A stretch of DNA of 64,000 nucleotides from a virus: positions 22,544 to 86,543 of the IMG/VR virus record IMGVR_UViG_3300034068_000286, one strand, 5' to 3'. Below, in pieces: positions 36,283 to 46,225 of this stretch; positions within the stretch are counted from its first letter, which is position 1; the number at the start of each line of letters is the position of its first letter. The notes below the pieces were generated by a model. It made no database searches, had not been told where the DNA came from, and was given only the letters and a program-made list of their open reading frames with translations. The position numbers and the translations under genes were made by a program.

Positions 36283-36888
36283 TTACTTCAATAGTACTGT
36301 TGCAACATCGTTCCAGTTGTTAAATCTGCGAACTGAAATATCGGAAAAATTGTAATTCCAAGGCTGTGACAAAATATAAGTTGCATGTCCTGCTTCTGCA
36401 CTTGCCTTTGCCGCCGATTCAGTTGCTGTAACACAAAATGCCGGCTCGTGTTCTTTAAACATTGGGTACATGTTTGCATGCCTATTCACAACATATAATT
36501 CATGAAACACATTAGGAAATAGTAACTCTAAGTTTGCTCTACGTAGTGTGGCGCGATGCATGTCTTTTGATGATCTGCTGTAGCCCACAATGTACCAACC
36601 TGCTTTAACAAATTCTGTTAGTATTTTTTCTGCCCCAAGACAAGGATACATTGCACCCCATTGCCATGAATGCTCACAGAAATCGCTCATCCATAAATCG
36701 GCCAATTCATCTGGAACACTCAACCAATTACCCAAGTGTTCTCTACTGGTTAATGTATTACCAGCAACATTTTTTAATCTGTCGTGTTGTGCTAACCATT
36801 TTACAAAAGCAGTTATTGTATCTATGCAAGTATCATCTATATCAATGATCAGCTTGTTTTTATAATCATCAACCAGCAAGCTCAACAC
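36283..36888 (-). CDS. HAD-family 5'(3')-nucleotidase-like protein
   Basis: IIDIDDT motif I, PWN...R.NNW tail. Confidence 0.65.
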   Translation of the reverse strand: MLSLLVDDYKNKLIIDIDDTCIDTITAFVKWLAQHDRLKNVAGNTLTSREHLGNWLSVPDELADLWMSDFCEHSWQWGAMYPCLGAEKILTEFVKAGWYIVGYSRSSKDMHRATLRRANLELLFPNVFHELYVVNRHANMYPMFKEHEPAFCVTATESAAKASAEAGHATYILSQPWNYNFSDISVRRFNNWNDVATVLLK

Positions 36889-37180
36889 TTACTCCAAGCG
36901 GGTGACCATTGGTACGAGCAATTTGAGTTGACTCCATGGCTTTTTGTTCAGCTACTTCGTATGTGTAAATTCCAGCGGTACCTTTACCATTTTGATGTAC
37001 CTGCATCATGATTTGTAAAGCGGCTTCTTGCTGATGGTGAAAAATTACTTTAAGTAACTCAATGACAAATTCCATTGGCGTGGAATTATCATTTAAAATG
37101 ACGACACGGAATTTTTCTGGTTCTTTTACGCCAGTTGTATTATCTGTTTTCTTAACTGTTTGAATTGCTGTTTCTGACAT
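36869..37180 (-). CDS. clpS: ATP-dependent Clp protease adaptor ClpS
   Basis: VVILNDNSTPMEFV...IM.QVH..G.G.AG.Y..EVAE.K...HPL. Confidence 0.93.
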   Translation of the reverse strand: MSETAIQTVKKTDNTTGVKEPEKFRVVILNDNSTPMEFVIELLKVIFHHQQEAALQIMMQVHQNGKGTAGIYTYEVAEQKAMESTQIARTNGHPLGVSVELAG

Positions 37181-37219
37181 ATTGTTATACCCGTGTTCTT
37201 GTCTAATATTTATCTAAAG

Positions 37220-37242
37220 GGTGGGATTTTTAATTCCCACCC
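37220..37242 (-). terminator. Hairpin after hsp20 (putative terminator)
   Basis: GGTGGGA/TCCCACC stem. Confidence 0.55.
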
Positions 37243-37256
37243 ATGTGAAAAGTTAA

Positions 37257-37673
37257 TTATTCCTTGATTAGAGGAATCTTCTTAGCCTTGTATTCTTCAG
37301 CTACAAGTTGTTCGAAGTCAATTATCAACATGCCATCTTTAAGGCTTGCAGTTCGTACTTCTACATGGTCTGCAAGCACAAACTCCCTACGGAAGTTGCG
37401 TTTTGCTATACCACGATATATGTAGTTTGCTGTTGATTCATCATTGGACTTTTCACCTTTTACAACCAAGGTGTTATCCTGGTGTGTAATATCAATTTCA
37501 GATTCGTTAAAACCAGCGACAGCCATCGTAATACGATGCTTGTTATCTTCTAGTTTTTCTACGTTGAATGGCGGGTATCCATTTGCTGTTGCACCACTGA
37601 TTAAGCGGTCCAACTCTTTGAACATGCTATCGAATCCGATACCAAATTGTGAATAAGGTAATTGCTTTGACAT
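37257..37673 (-). CDS. Small heat-shock protein Hsp20 (IbpA-like)
   Basis: YPPFNV...AVAGF...RGIA.R.F.R.F.LA...L.DGML. Confidence 0.93.
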   Translation of the reverse strand: MSKQLPYSQFGIGFDSMFKELDRLISGATANGYPPFNVEKLEDNKHRITMAVAGFNESEIDITHQDNTLVVKGEKSNDESTANYIYRGIAKRNFRREFVLADHVEVRTASLKDGMLIIDFEQLVAEEYKAKKIPLIKE

Positions 37674-37760
37674 AATTTAATCTCCTTTGTAAAGCGAGTT
37701 TATTTGACAACCCCTTCATGGGCATTATCAAGTGAATCACTAGCCCTCATGGCACTAGTA
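37674..37760 (-). promoter_or_regulatory. ROSE-like RNA thermometer
   Basis: Three hairpins; the last pairs CUCGCUUU with AAAGGAG (bulged G opposite SD); promoter TTGACT-N17-TATAAT 37796-37768. Confidence 0.7.
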
Positions 37761-37799
37761 TATCACTATTATATTTATTTCTTAGCGAGAAGTCAAGTA

Positions 37800-38072
37800 T
37801 CAATACATCCGGCGTTTGATACCATCACGCGGTACACGCTTGCCGTTTAGTTCGTCTGTTTCTACTTGTTTTAAATGACGACGTCTTGCTTTATTAGCGG
37901 CAACTCTGCGCTCTGTGGTTGGCTTAACGTATTCTCCACGCTCGCGAACTTCGTCCATTTTACCACTATCTTGTATCTTGTTTTTAAATTTTCTAAGTGC
38001 TTTTTCAACTTGGTCATCTTTGACTAATACACTTGTGCCACGTATTTTAGGGCGTTGATTATCTCTACTCAT
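37800..38072 (-). CDS. rpsU: Ribosomal protein bS21
   Basis: V.V....VEKALRKFK......G...E.R.R..Y.KP..RR. Confidence 0.85.
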   Translation of the reverse strand: MSRDNQRPKIRGTSVLVKDDQVEKALRKFKNKIQDSGKMDEVRERGEYVKPTTERRVAANKARRRHLKQVETDELNGKRVPRDGIKRRMY

Positions 38073-39301
38073 TATGCTACTATTTCTAAGTTTTTATAAA
38101 TTTTGACTGTGCTATGGTCTTCCACAGACTGTTCAGTGATTATAACTTTACTTAATCCTTCTTGTACCAACTCGGGCAAATTGAACTGTACATCCAGTAA
38201 CACTTGCTCAATTATGCTTCTTAATCCACGGGCGCCTGTTTTTTTGGCAATGCTTAAATTGGCAATAGCTACACGTGCTTCTGGCATAAATTCAAGTTCA
38301 ACCCGATCTAGTTCAAAGATTGCTTTATATTCTTTTTCAATGCTGTCTTCTGGATCAGTCATAATATGTACCAAGTCATTGGCAGTCAATGTATCTAATG
38401 CGGCAACAACTGGAATACGTCCCATAAACTCAGGAATCATACCAAACTTGACAAAGTCTTCTGGTTCCACTTCAGCTAGCCATACATCTGTTTTAACATC
38501 AGCGCAATCTACTTCTGCTCCAAACCCAATTTTGGCTCCACCACTTATACGTTTTTTAACCTGTTCGTCTAGGCCTACAAATGCACCACCTAGAATAAAC
38601 AAAATGTTTTTTGTGTTTACTACGTTTGTTTCACTACCAGGGTGCTTGCGACCACCATTTTGTGGAACACGACATTCTGTCCCTTCAATTAGTTTAAGCA
38701 AGGCCTGTTGCACACCTTCTCCACTTACATCTCGAGTAATACTAGAGCTTTCGCTTTTACGACCTTTTTTATCAATTTCGTCAATGTAAATAATACCAGT
38801 CTCAGCTTTTTTAATGTCGCCTCCAGCGGCTTGGACTAGACGGTGTATAACACTTTCAACATCGTCACCTACGTAACCTGATTCTGTCAGTGTTGTGGCA
38901 TCGGCAATAGCAAAAGGCACATTGATCTTTTCAGCTAGTTTTTTTGCTAAAAGCGTTTTACCTGAACCAGTGGGGCCGATTAACAATACATTTGATTTTT
39001 TAATAAGGTCCGTGCTGCCTTGACTCAGTCGTTTGTAGTGATTACGCACAGCTACACTCAAACTTCGTTTGGCAAGGTCTTGTCCAATGACAAATTTATC
39101 TAGGTATGCTTTAATTTCACTTGGCGTTGTTGAATTAATAAATTCACCAGGTTTATCTTTTACATCAGACGCAATGGCATCTACACAAAGATTAATACAC
39201 TCATCACAAATGTATGCGTTTTCGCCAGCAATTAATGCTTTGACTTCGTCTCTGCCTTTACTGCAAAAACTACATGTTAATTTTTGAACTTTATCTACCA
39301 A
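38072..39301 (-). CDS. clpX: ATP-dependent Clp protease ATPase ClpX
   Basis: CSFC/CDEC zinc finger, [25 protein letters not shown] loop, GARGL. Confidence 0.96.
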   Translation of the reverse strand: MVDKVQKLTCSFCSKGRDEVKALIAGENAYICDECINLCVDAIASDVKDKPGEFINSTTPSEIKAYLDKFVIGQDLAKRSLSVAVRNHYKRLSQGSTDLIKKSNVLLIGPTGSGKTLLAKKLAEKINVPFAIADATTLTESGYVGDDVESVIHRLVQAAGGDIKKAETGIIYIDEIDKKGRKSESSSITRDVSGEGVQQALLKLIEGTECRVPQNGGRKHPGSETNVVNTKNILFILGGAFVGLDEQVKKRISGGAKIGFGAEVDCADVKTDVWLAEVEPEDFVKFGMIPEFMGRIPVVAALDTLTANDLVHIMTDPEDSIEKEYKAIFELDRVELEFMPEARVAIANLSIAKKTGARGLRSIIEQVLLDVQFNLPELVQEGLSKVIITEQSVEDHSTVKIYKNLEIVA

Positions 39302-39713
39302 GGGTCAACTCCAAGATAGCAAGCAAGTGATCAAAGTCTTCAAAGTGAGGAATGTCAACTGCATTTAACAATGCTACCAATTCGTCGTTGCCAGTTTTAA
39401 CATGGAACACAACTGGTTGGTCAATTTTAGACATTGCCAGGGCCATACGGATTTCATGTTCAGTACAACTTGCTGTATCTACAAACACCATACTGCAATT
39501 GTCAACTACATGCCAATACCAAACCCAAGCCTTGGGGTCTTTGGCTGCGGTTTCATTGGCATAAAATGTTAACTGATTTTGTATTCCCTTTTCTAATATA
39601 TCAATAATAGTATCTTGCCATACCTTGTCATTGCTAACCAAACAAAATGCAAGACCGCCACTTGGCATATAAAGAGTAGGCGGACTTACAACATAAACAC
39701 TTGAATCACTCAA
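39291..39713 (-). CDS. Hypothetical protein
   Basis: 140 aa ORF. Confidence 0.65.
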   Translation of the reverse strand: MSDSSVYVVSPPTLYMPSGGLAFCLVSNDKVWQDTIIDILEKGIQNQLTFYANETAAKDPKAWVWYWHVVDNCSMVFVDTASCTEHEIRMALAMSKIDQPVVFHVKTGNDELVALLNAVDIPHFEDFDHLLAILELTLGR

Positions 39714-39726
39714 AATAAACCTTTAG

Positions 39727-40920
39727 TTAATTAACATCATCGCGGCCAGGATAGGTAACATTGAACCAACCTCTACTGCGCTTTCGTTTAGCAATATCTT
39801 CTTTGCTTGCTGTATATATTTTATCTTCTTTTAAAGGTTGTTGTTGCTCGGATTGAACAGGGGCGTCCCATGCTTCACCGGGTGTTCCCGGAGGTGCTGT
39901 AATCAAATCACTAGCGTATTGCTCACCAATTACTTCTTCCTTGGCATCAGCTTTGGCATCAGCAAGTTCTTCTACTTCTGTTTCTGTGGCTGGATATACT
40001 GGGTCTAAGTTGCTGGTAATGCTTTCGCTGTGTGTTTCTGGTTCTTCGTACACAGGTGTAGGTGCTGTGTCAATTGGTGGTTCTGTAGCAGTTGGTTGAG
40101 ATAGTATTGGTTTGCTATCTTCTTCTTCTTCTTCTTCTTCTTGTTGGCGGAACCATTGGAAGCTATATTGACTTGCCAACAATAATATAACTGCTAGTGG
40201 ATCAAAAACTGACACAATAATAATAATTACCCATGTTACAGCTTTCTCTAATAAGTTAGCATCGGGATTATCACCATAGATAAATGCCGCAATGTATTTG
40301 ACAGGCCCTACTTCAGCTTCTACTTTACGTACTTCTGCACGAATTGGTGCGGCTTCGTCGTTGAGTTTAGCAATAAGCTTTTGGTTAGCTTCAATGTCCT
40401 TGGCCAATGCAGAACGATCACGTTGCTGACTCTTGCGTATATTAACTGCTTTGTCTGCACCCTTTTCATCTGCGCTTCGACCCATGACTTGGTCAACTGC
40501 CTCATCCATCTGTTTGAGTTGCTTGCGGTTAGCTTCAATATTTTCTCGTGCGGTTTTGATCTTTTCATCATAGATTGCAATCCTACTTTGTACATCACCT
40601 GACACTAAACTTTGGTCGCTGTGTGCCTTAGATAAGAATCCAAAGATACCCATTGAGGTAATGATCATTAAAATAGCTACGGCCAGCGACATGTATGCTT
40701 TAATAAAGAATGGGGCTCGACTCCAGTTTAGCTTTAGCCAAATTGTGGCAATCAGTTTGCTAACTTCAAGTGCTACACCCATAACAATAATAGGAATAAC
40801 CGCGGCAGCAAAGATGCTTACTAGGCCTGCCACTGAATAGTATACAGCCACAGCCGATATACTTAGGCCGCTTAGTAGTGCCAAATAGGCAACTAACTTG
40901 TCTGTGCGTGTGATTTTCAT
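39727..40920 (-). CDS. Membrane protein with coiled coil and acidic tail
   Basis: 3 N-terminal TM segments, coiled coil, FDPLA TM, poly-E linker. Confidence 0.75.
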   Translation of the reverse strand: MKITRTDKLVAYLALLSGLSISAVAVYYSVAGLVSIFAAAVIPIIVMGVALEVSKLIATIWLKLNWSRAPFFIKAYMSLAVAILMIITSMGIFGFLSKAHSDQSLVSGDVQSRIAIYDEKIKTARENIEANRKQLKQMDEAVDQVMGRSADEKGADKAVNIRKSQQRDRSALAKDIEANQKLIAKLNDEAAPIRAEVRKVEAEVGPVKYIAAFIYGDNPDANLLEKAVTWVIIIIVSVFDPLAVILLLASQYSFQWFRQQEEEEEEEDSKPILSQPTATEPPIDTAPTPVYEEPETHSESITSNLDPVYPATETEVEELADAKADAKEEVIGEQYASDLITAPPGTPGEAWDAPVQSEQQQPLKEDKIYTASKEDIAKRKRSRGWFNVTYPGRDDVN

Positions 40921-40921
40921 T

Positions 40922-41656
40922 TTAAATGTGTGTCCTTGCTGGGAAGCAGTGTGGTAAATCGTCAAATAAAGGTGCTTCAATTCTTTTTCCATCGACATCA
41001 TAGTCGTATGTTTGATTCTTGCTTTGTGGGTTTGGTACTTTGCCGTACGGATCATAGAGTTCGCACATACGGTCATAGTAATTTTTTGGCATTACATCAA
41101 TGATCAAATGTGTTCTCCAAGTTTCCCCATAGTTTACTGCGGTGTGAATAATTTTGTTGTTTAATTCCCAGACTTCTCCAGGTTCAATGTGGTCTCGCAT
41201 TCCACCATTATTTAAATCATAACTGTAATGATACAACCAGCATTCAGCATTAGTACTAATTGCAATATTGTATCGGCGAGCATAGCGTTGATTAAATCTA
41301 GTATCAGTATGAAATACTGTATCACCTTCGCGTGGCCGCATTCTTGCAATATCTGCTTGTACAACAACCGGGTCAGCAATGCCAGTTAAACTGGCCAGGT
41401 ATTCGCATTTTGACTTTAGTATATTATCCCACATGTCCTGTATACCCGGTGGGTAGCCACGTGTTACTTCAATGAAACCTTTTTGCCTAGCTTCATTGAC
41501 AGGCAGGTATATCAAGTGAGTAAGATCTGTTCTTACATAGCGATATGGTTGCTCAACAGGGTCCCAGTCCCATTCAGCTTCCCATTTTCGATAGTCATCA
41601 AATATTGCTGAATCAAACTCAGCAATTTTTCTAGCTGTTAAACCTTCTTCATACAT
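40922..41656 (-). CDS. 2OG-Fe(II) oxygenase, aspartyl beta-hydroxylase-like
   Basis: HTD...ELNN..IH.A.N.G..WR.HLI.D; similar to 25830..26426. Confidence 0.8.
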   Translation of the reverse strand: MYEEGLTARKIAEFDSAIFDDYRKWEAEWDWDPVEQPYRYVRTDLTHLIYLPVNEARQKGFIEVTRGYPPGIQDMWDNILKSKCEYLASLTGIADPVVVQADIARMRPREGDTVFHTDTRFNQRYARRYNIAISTNAECWLYHYSYDLNNGGMRDHIEPGEVWELNNKIIHTAVNYGETWRTHLIIDVMPKNYYDRMCELYDPYGKVPNPQSKNQTYDYDVDGKRIEAPLFDDLPHCFPARTHI

Positions 41657-42000
41657 TATTCATCATCCTCTTCTTCAGTGACCTGGAAGCTGGTTGCTAG
41701 TCCTTGGTCTACCATGGCTTGATTAATATTTAATGCTGGCTCACCAGCTTCGTTGGGAATATATGCCCAACCAAGCACACGACCAAGTTTGGCACGTTTA
41801 GTAATGATAGGTTCTACAATGAGTCCATCTTTGCAAAGTTCAGTTAGTACAATTCGTACATCTGAATCTTTGCCGCATGATGCAACTCCAAACAGTCTAA
41901 TCTTTTGACGTGTGTAAACATTAAAGCCAAGATCCAGTTCTACGTCTAGCATGTCAGTGCCGCGTACTTCCAATAATCTTGCAGGGTATAGTCTTCTCAT
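41656..42000 (-). CDS. Thermonuclease (SNase)-like protein, degenerate active site
   Basis: DLGF......IRL.GV, K.GR.LG, N..MV..GLA; lacks DGDT. Confidence 0.65.
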   Translation of the reverse strand: MRRLYPARLLEVRGTDMLDVELDLGFNVYTRQKIRLFGVASCGKDSDVRIVLTELCKDGLIVEPIITKRAKLGRVLGWAYIPNEAGEPALNINQAMVDQGLATSFQVTEEEDDE

Positions 42001-42608
42001 TTTTCCTCTTTTGGTCTTACTCTATAAAAAACATGATTACCAATTTGGTTAACAGAGTCTTTGACTCTGCGCCAGGTCGGTTTCCAATTGATATATGTAG
42101 CATGAAAATGTGTTGCTCCATTGGTTGGATCTTCCACTTGCTCTCTGTTATTTAACGTAATTAGTGCAATGCCAACGGCCTGATTCCACAGGTGGCCTGA
42201 TGGAAAACCCAGTCCTGAAAGACAGGTCCAACTGAATTGGCAACCCTGTTTTACTACTCCACACACAGTATTAGCATAGCCTTCATCTAATCTGTTGAGA
42301 GTTACGTTTGCAACTGCCACTTGGCCTTTTAAGCTTTCGCCACGGCTTTCATAATAGATATTTTCAGCCAGGCATTTTACCTGCTTGTCTGCCAAGGCTT
42401 TTTTTGCACCACCAATTTCTTCCAAATTGATATGCATTAATTTACGTACTCTATGTTCCCATGTTTCTTTGTCATTGGTCTGATTGACAGTACCAGATAC
42501 AACTGGGGAAACTAATAATACTGCTAAAGCCAATAAGATGACTTTAGATAGCAAACGTGTGACCGCTTGCTGTGACATGCCCGAGAAATTCTTAGGGGTC
42601 ATGTGCAT
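41997..42608 (-). CDS. Cell wall hydrolase SleB (Hydrolase_2)
   Basis: [13 protein letters not shown]...VA.V..NR...C.VV.Q..QFSW...GATHFHA...IGNH.FY. Confidence 0.92.
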   Translation of the reverse strand: MHMTPKNFSGMSQQAVTRLLSKVILLALAVLLVSPVVSGTVNQTNDKETWEHRVRKLMHINLEEIGGAKKALADKQVKCLAENIYYESRGESLKGQVAVANVTLNRLDEGYANTVCGVVKQGCQFSWTCLSGLGFPSGHLWNQAVGIALITLNNREQVEDPTNGATHFHATYINWKPTWRRVKDSVNQIGNHVFYRVRPKEEK

Positions 42609-42640
42609 GTTACACCTCCTTTCATTAGGACTACCTCCAG

Positions 42641-43159
42641 TCAGGCCTTTGACAATAAAATATTATCTAAGACTTCACCTGGGTTACTGTATCCATAATC
42701 AACCTGGGTGTAGGTTATATTATGCTTCGCCAGTAACGCCGCAATCCTTTGATCGACCTCAATGCTAGCATCAAGGTTATGCACACGGCCGCGATCATCG
42801 AACCACGGGCCGCGCCCTAGAAATGCCACGTGGTTATCGTAACGTTTCCAGAGTTCTACTACTACCTGTTCCCACTCTGCAGGATAATCTGCAGGTGCAT
42901 AGATAGCACTCAATAACACAGGACTATCTGTGATTACAAAATCAACCTGTCCCGCAAGCCTGTGTATTCGTTGTACTTGACGACCAAATACATAAGCTTG
43001 ATTTTCCAGCGCACAATGCCTGCCTTCCCAAACTAGGTCCTTGGCAACTTCCGTTACCAACTCTACATTCCACCCTCGGCGTTTTGCTTGATGATACAAG
43101 CCTGACGCTAGAGTGCTTTTACCTGCACCTGGGCCTGCAATGACATTAATTACTTTCAT
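42641..43159 (-). CDS. P-loop kinase/ATPase (NadR/AAA_28-like)
   Basis: [13 protein letters not shown]; probably leaderless from TTGACT-N17-TACAAT 43194-43166. Confidence 0.8.
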   Translation of the reverse strand: MKVINVIAGPGAGKSTLASGLYHQAKRRGWNVELVTEVAKDLVWEGRHCALENQAYVFGRQVQRIHRLAGQVDFVITDSPVLLSAIYAPADYPAEWEQVVVELWKRYDNHVAFLGRGPWFDDRGRVHNLDASIEVDQRIAALLAKHNITYTQVDYGYSNPGEVLDNILLSKA

Positions 43160-43299
43160 CATGTTATTGTAGCAAAATACTTATAATAAGTCAAGAAAAC
43201 AGGGCTACCAATGTGCCCTATCTAGTGATACCGTATGCGGCGGTTTTGATTTTTAGGTTAAAAAGATAACCATTAACCTAGTTGTTAATGGCATTAATT

Positions 43300-44082
43300 T
43301 TAAGATTTTTGCCAAATACATCGGTAAGCAGTGGGCTCTGATTCAGGCAAATTCCTAAAAACAGGTTCCCACCTGTCCCACTGATGACTACCACGCATCC
43401 AGTGTCCTTCAGGTTCAGTTACAATTCTAGTTAATCTTTTATCAACTTCATCCAAGTAACCGTTGATGTTTAATACAGGATTTAAAATTAGATATCCACC
43501 AGGTTTTAGAGCATTGACTACCTTGTCTAGGTAAACATCTATGGGATAGTGCATACCCCATGAGTAGCTACTGAGAATTAAATCGGCCGGTTCACTAAAG
43601 TCGTAGTTGGTTCCCATGATTGTAAAATTGGCTGGGTCCAAGTTAGATAATTCAATTGCATCATGCACCATTTGCCATGAGTTATCAGTTTTAAAATCTC
43701 TGCTGTGCAAAATATCACTATTCATATTATGACCATCACCGTCAACTAATATAAATTTTGCAGATTTTAAATACACCGAAAGTGCAAGATCAATAAGGCT
43801 ATTGCCTGCACCTATATCAACTATTGTAGCATTGTCTGGTAGTGAAATATTGTCTGTTATAAAGTTTAATAAACCAGACAATGTCCCAAACAAGGTTTCT
43901 TTTAGTTTGTCGGATACAATTACTGTACCATCTGTATCATAATCTACTTGCACACCTAGCTGGTTAACAAAATAATCTCTAAAATTATCATCATTTTTGT
44001 ATGTTATGACAATTGGCTCATCAAATGGCCTATCCATGGCAGTAATTGTACTCAGACTGACAGTGACTACCTTATCTAACAT
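43300..44082 (-). CDS. Class I SAM-dependent methyltransferase
   Basis: IVDIGAG, DLI.S, LKPGG. Confidence 0.82.
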   Translation of the reverse strand: MLDKVVTVSLSTITAMDRPFDEPIVITYKNDDNFRDYFVNQLGVQVDYDTDGTVIVSDKLKETLFGTLSGLLNFITDNISLPDNATIVDIGAGNSLIDLALSVYLKSAKFILVDGDGHNMNSDILHSRDFKTDNSWQMVHDAIELSNLDPANFTIMGTNYDFSEPADLILSSYSWGMHYPIDVYLDKVVNALKPGGYLILNPVLNINGYLDEVDKRLTRIVTEPEGHWMRGSHQWDRWEPVFRNLPESEPTAYRCIWQKS

Positions 44083-44528
44083 TAGTCACACCAACTTTGT
44101 TTGGCTTCACCGTAGTATTCACGTGCAAATCCATTTTGGATCAATAGCGCACGAAGACTAACATTGTTGTCTAAAATAATATCTCCAAGCACACGGCCGC
44201 CAAATTTGTCCCAGTCAATAAGTGCAACTCTGGCTGTTTTACTTTCAGTGATAACTTTCTTTGTAAAGGCTGAGGCAGCTTCACCGCGTTTGGCCTCTGA
44301 TTCACACTTGGCTCTAAACCCTTTTTCTGGCGTGTCGACTCCAAATACTCTAACTGCTAATTTTGGTTTAAGTGGGGCAGGTAGAAACGGGGCTGAGAAT
44401 TCAACTGTATCGCCATCTACTACACGTGTCACTGGGAAATCGTATACCTTCATTTCAGGTTGCTTCTTTTGAGCAAAAACCCCAGTTGACAAAACTATCA
44501 ACAATACAGCAAAAATCATCTTCTTCAT
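44082..44528 (-). CDS. Secreted thermonuclease (SNase)
   Basis: Signal peptide; VVDGDT, GVDTPE, DKFGGRVLG. Confidence 0.88.
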   Translation of the reverse strand: MKKMIFAVLLIVLSTGVFAQKKQPEMKVYDFPVTRVVDGDTVEFSAPFLPAPLKPKLAVRVFGVDTPEKGFRAKCESEAKRGEAASAFTKKVITESKTARVALIDWDKFGGRVLGDIILDNNVSLRALLIQNGFAREYYGEAKQSWCD

Positions 44529-44542
44529 ACCAACACTCCTTT

Positions 44543-44633
44543 ATTAAAACAATACTTATCCATATAATAGTATACTGGACTACCACAAACGTTATAAATT
44601 TGTAATAAATCTGTAATTAAAACAATACTTATC
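44543..44633. repeat. 18-bp direct repeat containing a late-promoter-like box
   Basis: ATTAAAACAATACTTATC at 44543-44560 and 44616-44633. Confidence 0.8.
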
Positions 44634-46089
44634 AATAAACAGGTATGTTATGCAGATTTTGGAATCTTAGTGCATCATCCCAAGTGTTAACCAAGGGCTC
44701 ACCTTTGATATTCAAACTTGTATTCATTAAGATAGGGCAACCTGTGCGGGCGTTCCATTCTTCTAGAATGCTTCTAAACAAAGGATTATCTCTGTGTGTT
44801 ACTGTTTGTACTCTGCTGGTATTGTCTACGTGACATACACCCGGTAGCAAGTCAGGAGTCCTGCAACGTGCAACAAATTGCATATAAGGACTATCTTTAA
44901 CTGGCATGTCAAAGTAAGTGTCAGCATGTTCTGCTAATACTGCTGGCGCAAATGGTCTAAACTGTTCACGCTTTTTAATAGTATTCATTCTAGGCTTTGC
45001 ATCTACTCCCCTAGGATCACATAGTAAACTACGATTACCCAAAGCTCTTGGACCAAACTCTGCTCTGCCATTTGCTAGTGCAACAACACGACCTGCTTCT
45101 AAATCATCTACCAGTGATTTGATGCCCACATCTTGTTTGATGTCTGTGCCCAAGTAAGGGCCCAACCAGTTCAAATGCCGTCGGGTGTGCGCGGCCACAG
45201 CACCAATTGCACTACCAGAGTCTCCGGGGTTGGGCATTATCCAAATGTTTTTAAAGATGCCGCTTCGTGCTATAATAGAGTTTGCAACACAATTAAGAGC
45301 AACACCTCCCATGAAAATCAAGTTGTCACTTGTGGTATTGGATCGCATCACTAGCACAGTTTCCAACAGGTATTCTTCTGCAAGCTTTTGTACACTTGCG
45401 GCAATGTCAAACTTTGAAGCTGAACTATCACATGGCTCCCACCATGAGCAACCACGATGCAGGTCGTGTCTTAGTTTAAAGTCAGGTGGCGCCCAACTAG
45501 AAAAAAATGTTTCACGTAACTCATCTACATACTTTGGTGTACCATGTGCGGCCATGCCCATCAAGATGTATTCTTCTTCATTAGGCTTTAGTCCTAGCCA
45601 CTGTGTCATTGCTGTATAAAATAACCCAAAACTGTTGGGATAACGCTTACGCCAACGATTGACTATTTTATCTTTACGTGCTTCCCAAATGCTTACTGTG
45701 TCCCATTCACCAATGGCATCTACAACTAATATGGCAGCGTCTTCATATGGACTTGTGTAGTAGCCAGCTGAGGCATGGCTGTGATGATGTCCAACATAGT
45801 CAATGGGCAAGTGATCTAATCCTACTGCACGTAGTTGGTCACTGGGACTTACTCTCCACGGACGCTGTCCAGAAAATAATCTACGCAGGTCTTTTTGCAA
45901 AGGCTTCTCAAACCATACAAGCTCTGTCGGTTCTCCGTACAATCTCATATCTGCCAACATGTCTGCATTTAGCAGGTTATCATTTTTAACTCTACTATAA
46001 CGCTCAGCATGTGCGGCCCATACAATCCGATCACCATCAATTAATGCCAGACTGGCATCGTGATTCTGCGCTGTAATACCTAGTATCAT
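44632..46089 (-). CDS. Carbamoyltransferase (NodU/CmcH family)
   Basis: HDAS, HH.SHA, DAIGE, GGVALNC, EFGPRALGNRS, RE.FRPFAP, NTSLN. Confidence 0.95.
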   Translation of the reverse strand: MILGITAQNHDASLALIDGDRIVWAAHAERYSRVKNDNLLNADMLADMRLYGEPTELVWFEKPLQKDLRRLFSGQRPWRVSPSDQLRAVGLDHLPIDYVGHHHSHASAGYYTSPYEDAAILVVDAIGEWDTVSIWEARKDKIVNRWRKRYPNSFGLFYTAMTQWLGLKPNEEEYILMGMAAHGTPKYVDELRETFFSSWAPPDFKLRHDLHRGCSWWEPCDSSASKFDIAASVQKLAEEYLLETVLVMRSNTTSDNLIFMGGVALNCVANSIIARSGIFKNIWIMPNPGDSGSAIGAVAAHTRRHLNWLGPYLGTDIKQDVGIKSLVDDLEAGRVVALANGRAEFGPRALGNRSLLCDPRGVDAKPRMNTIKKREQFRPFAPAVLAEHADTYFDMPVKDSPYMQFVARCRTPDLLPGVCHVDNTSRVQTVTHRDNPLFRSILEEWNARTGCPILMNTSLNIKGEPLVNTWDDALRFQNLHNIPVY

Positions 46090-46090
46090 T

Positions 46091-46204
46091 TTAGTAGATA
46101 AATGGATCTCGTTTGCGTAGTTCAGCAATACGCTTTTTTAATCTGCGCTTGTCTTGGAACTTGCGATATGGTGAAAGTATAAAGTCTAATATTTTTTTAA
46201 ACAT
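46091..46204 (-). CDS. Small basic protein preceding carbamoyltransferase
   Basis: MFKKILDFILSPYRKFQDKRRLKKRIAELRKRDPFIY; AGGAG RBS. Confidence 0.7.
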   Translation of the reverse strand: MFKKILDFILSPYRKFQDKRRLKKRIAELRKRDPFIY

Positions 46205-46225
46205 TGGATATCTCCTGTCAAGTAC

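Noticed and set aside
37738-37760. CIRCE operator before hsp20
   Set aside because: Does not match TTAGCACTC-N9-GAGTGCTAA; better explained as a leader hairpin.
38103-38789. Long plus-strand ORF (and many similar antisense ORFs in the track)
   Set aside because: Antisense shadows of clear minus-strand genes such as clpX; no motifs or RBS.
40118-40141. Trinucleotide repeat as a phase-variation site
   Set aside because: In-frame poly-Glu linker; slippage would not change the frame.
46091-46204. RiPP precursor peptide for the rSAM cluster
   Set aside because: Basic peptide ending DPFIY resembles the small ORFs that commonly accompany NodU-type carbamoyltransferases; no leader/core structure or RRE domain was seen.
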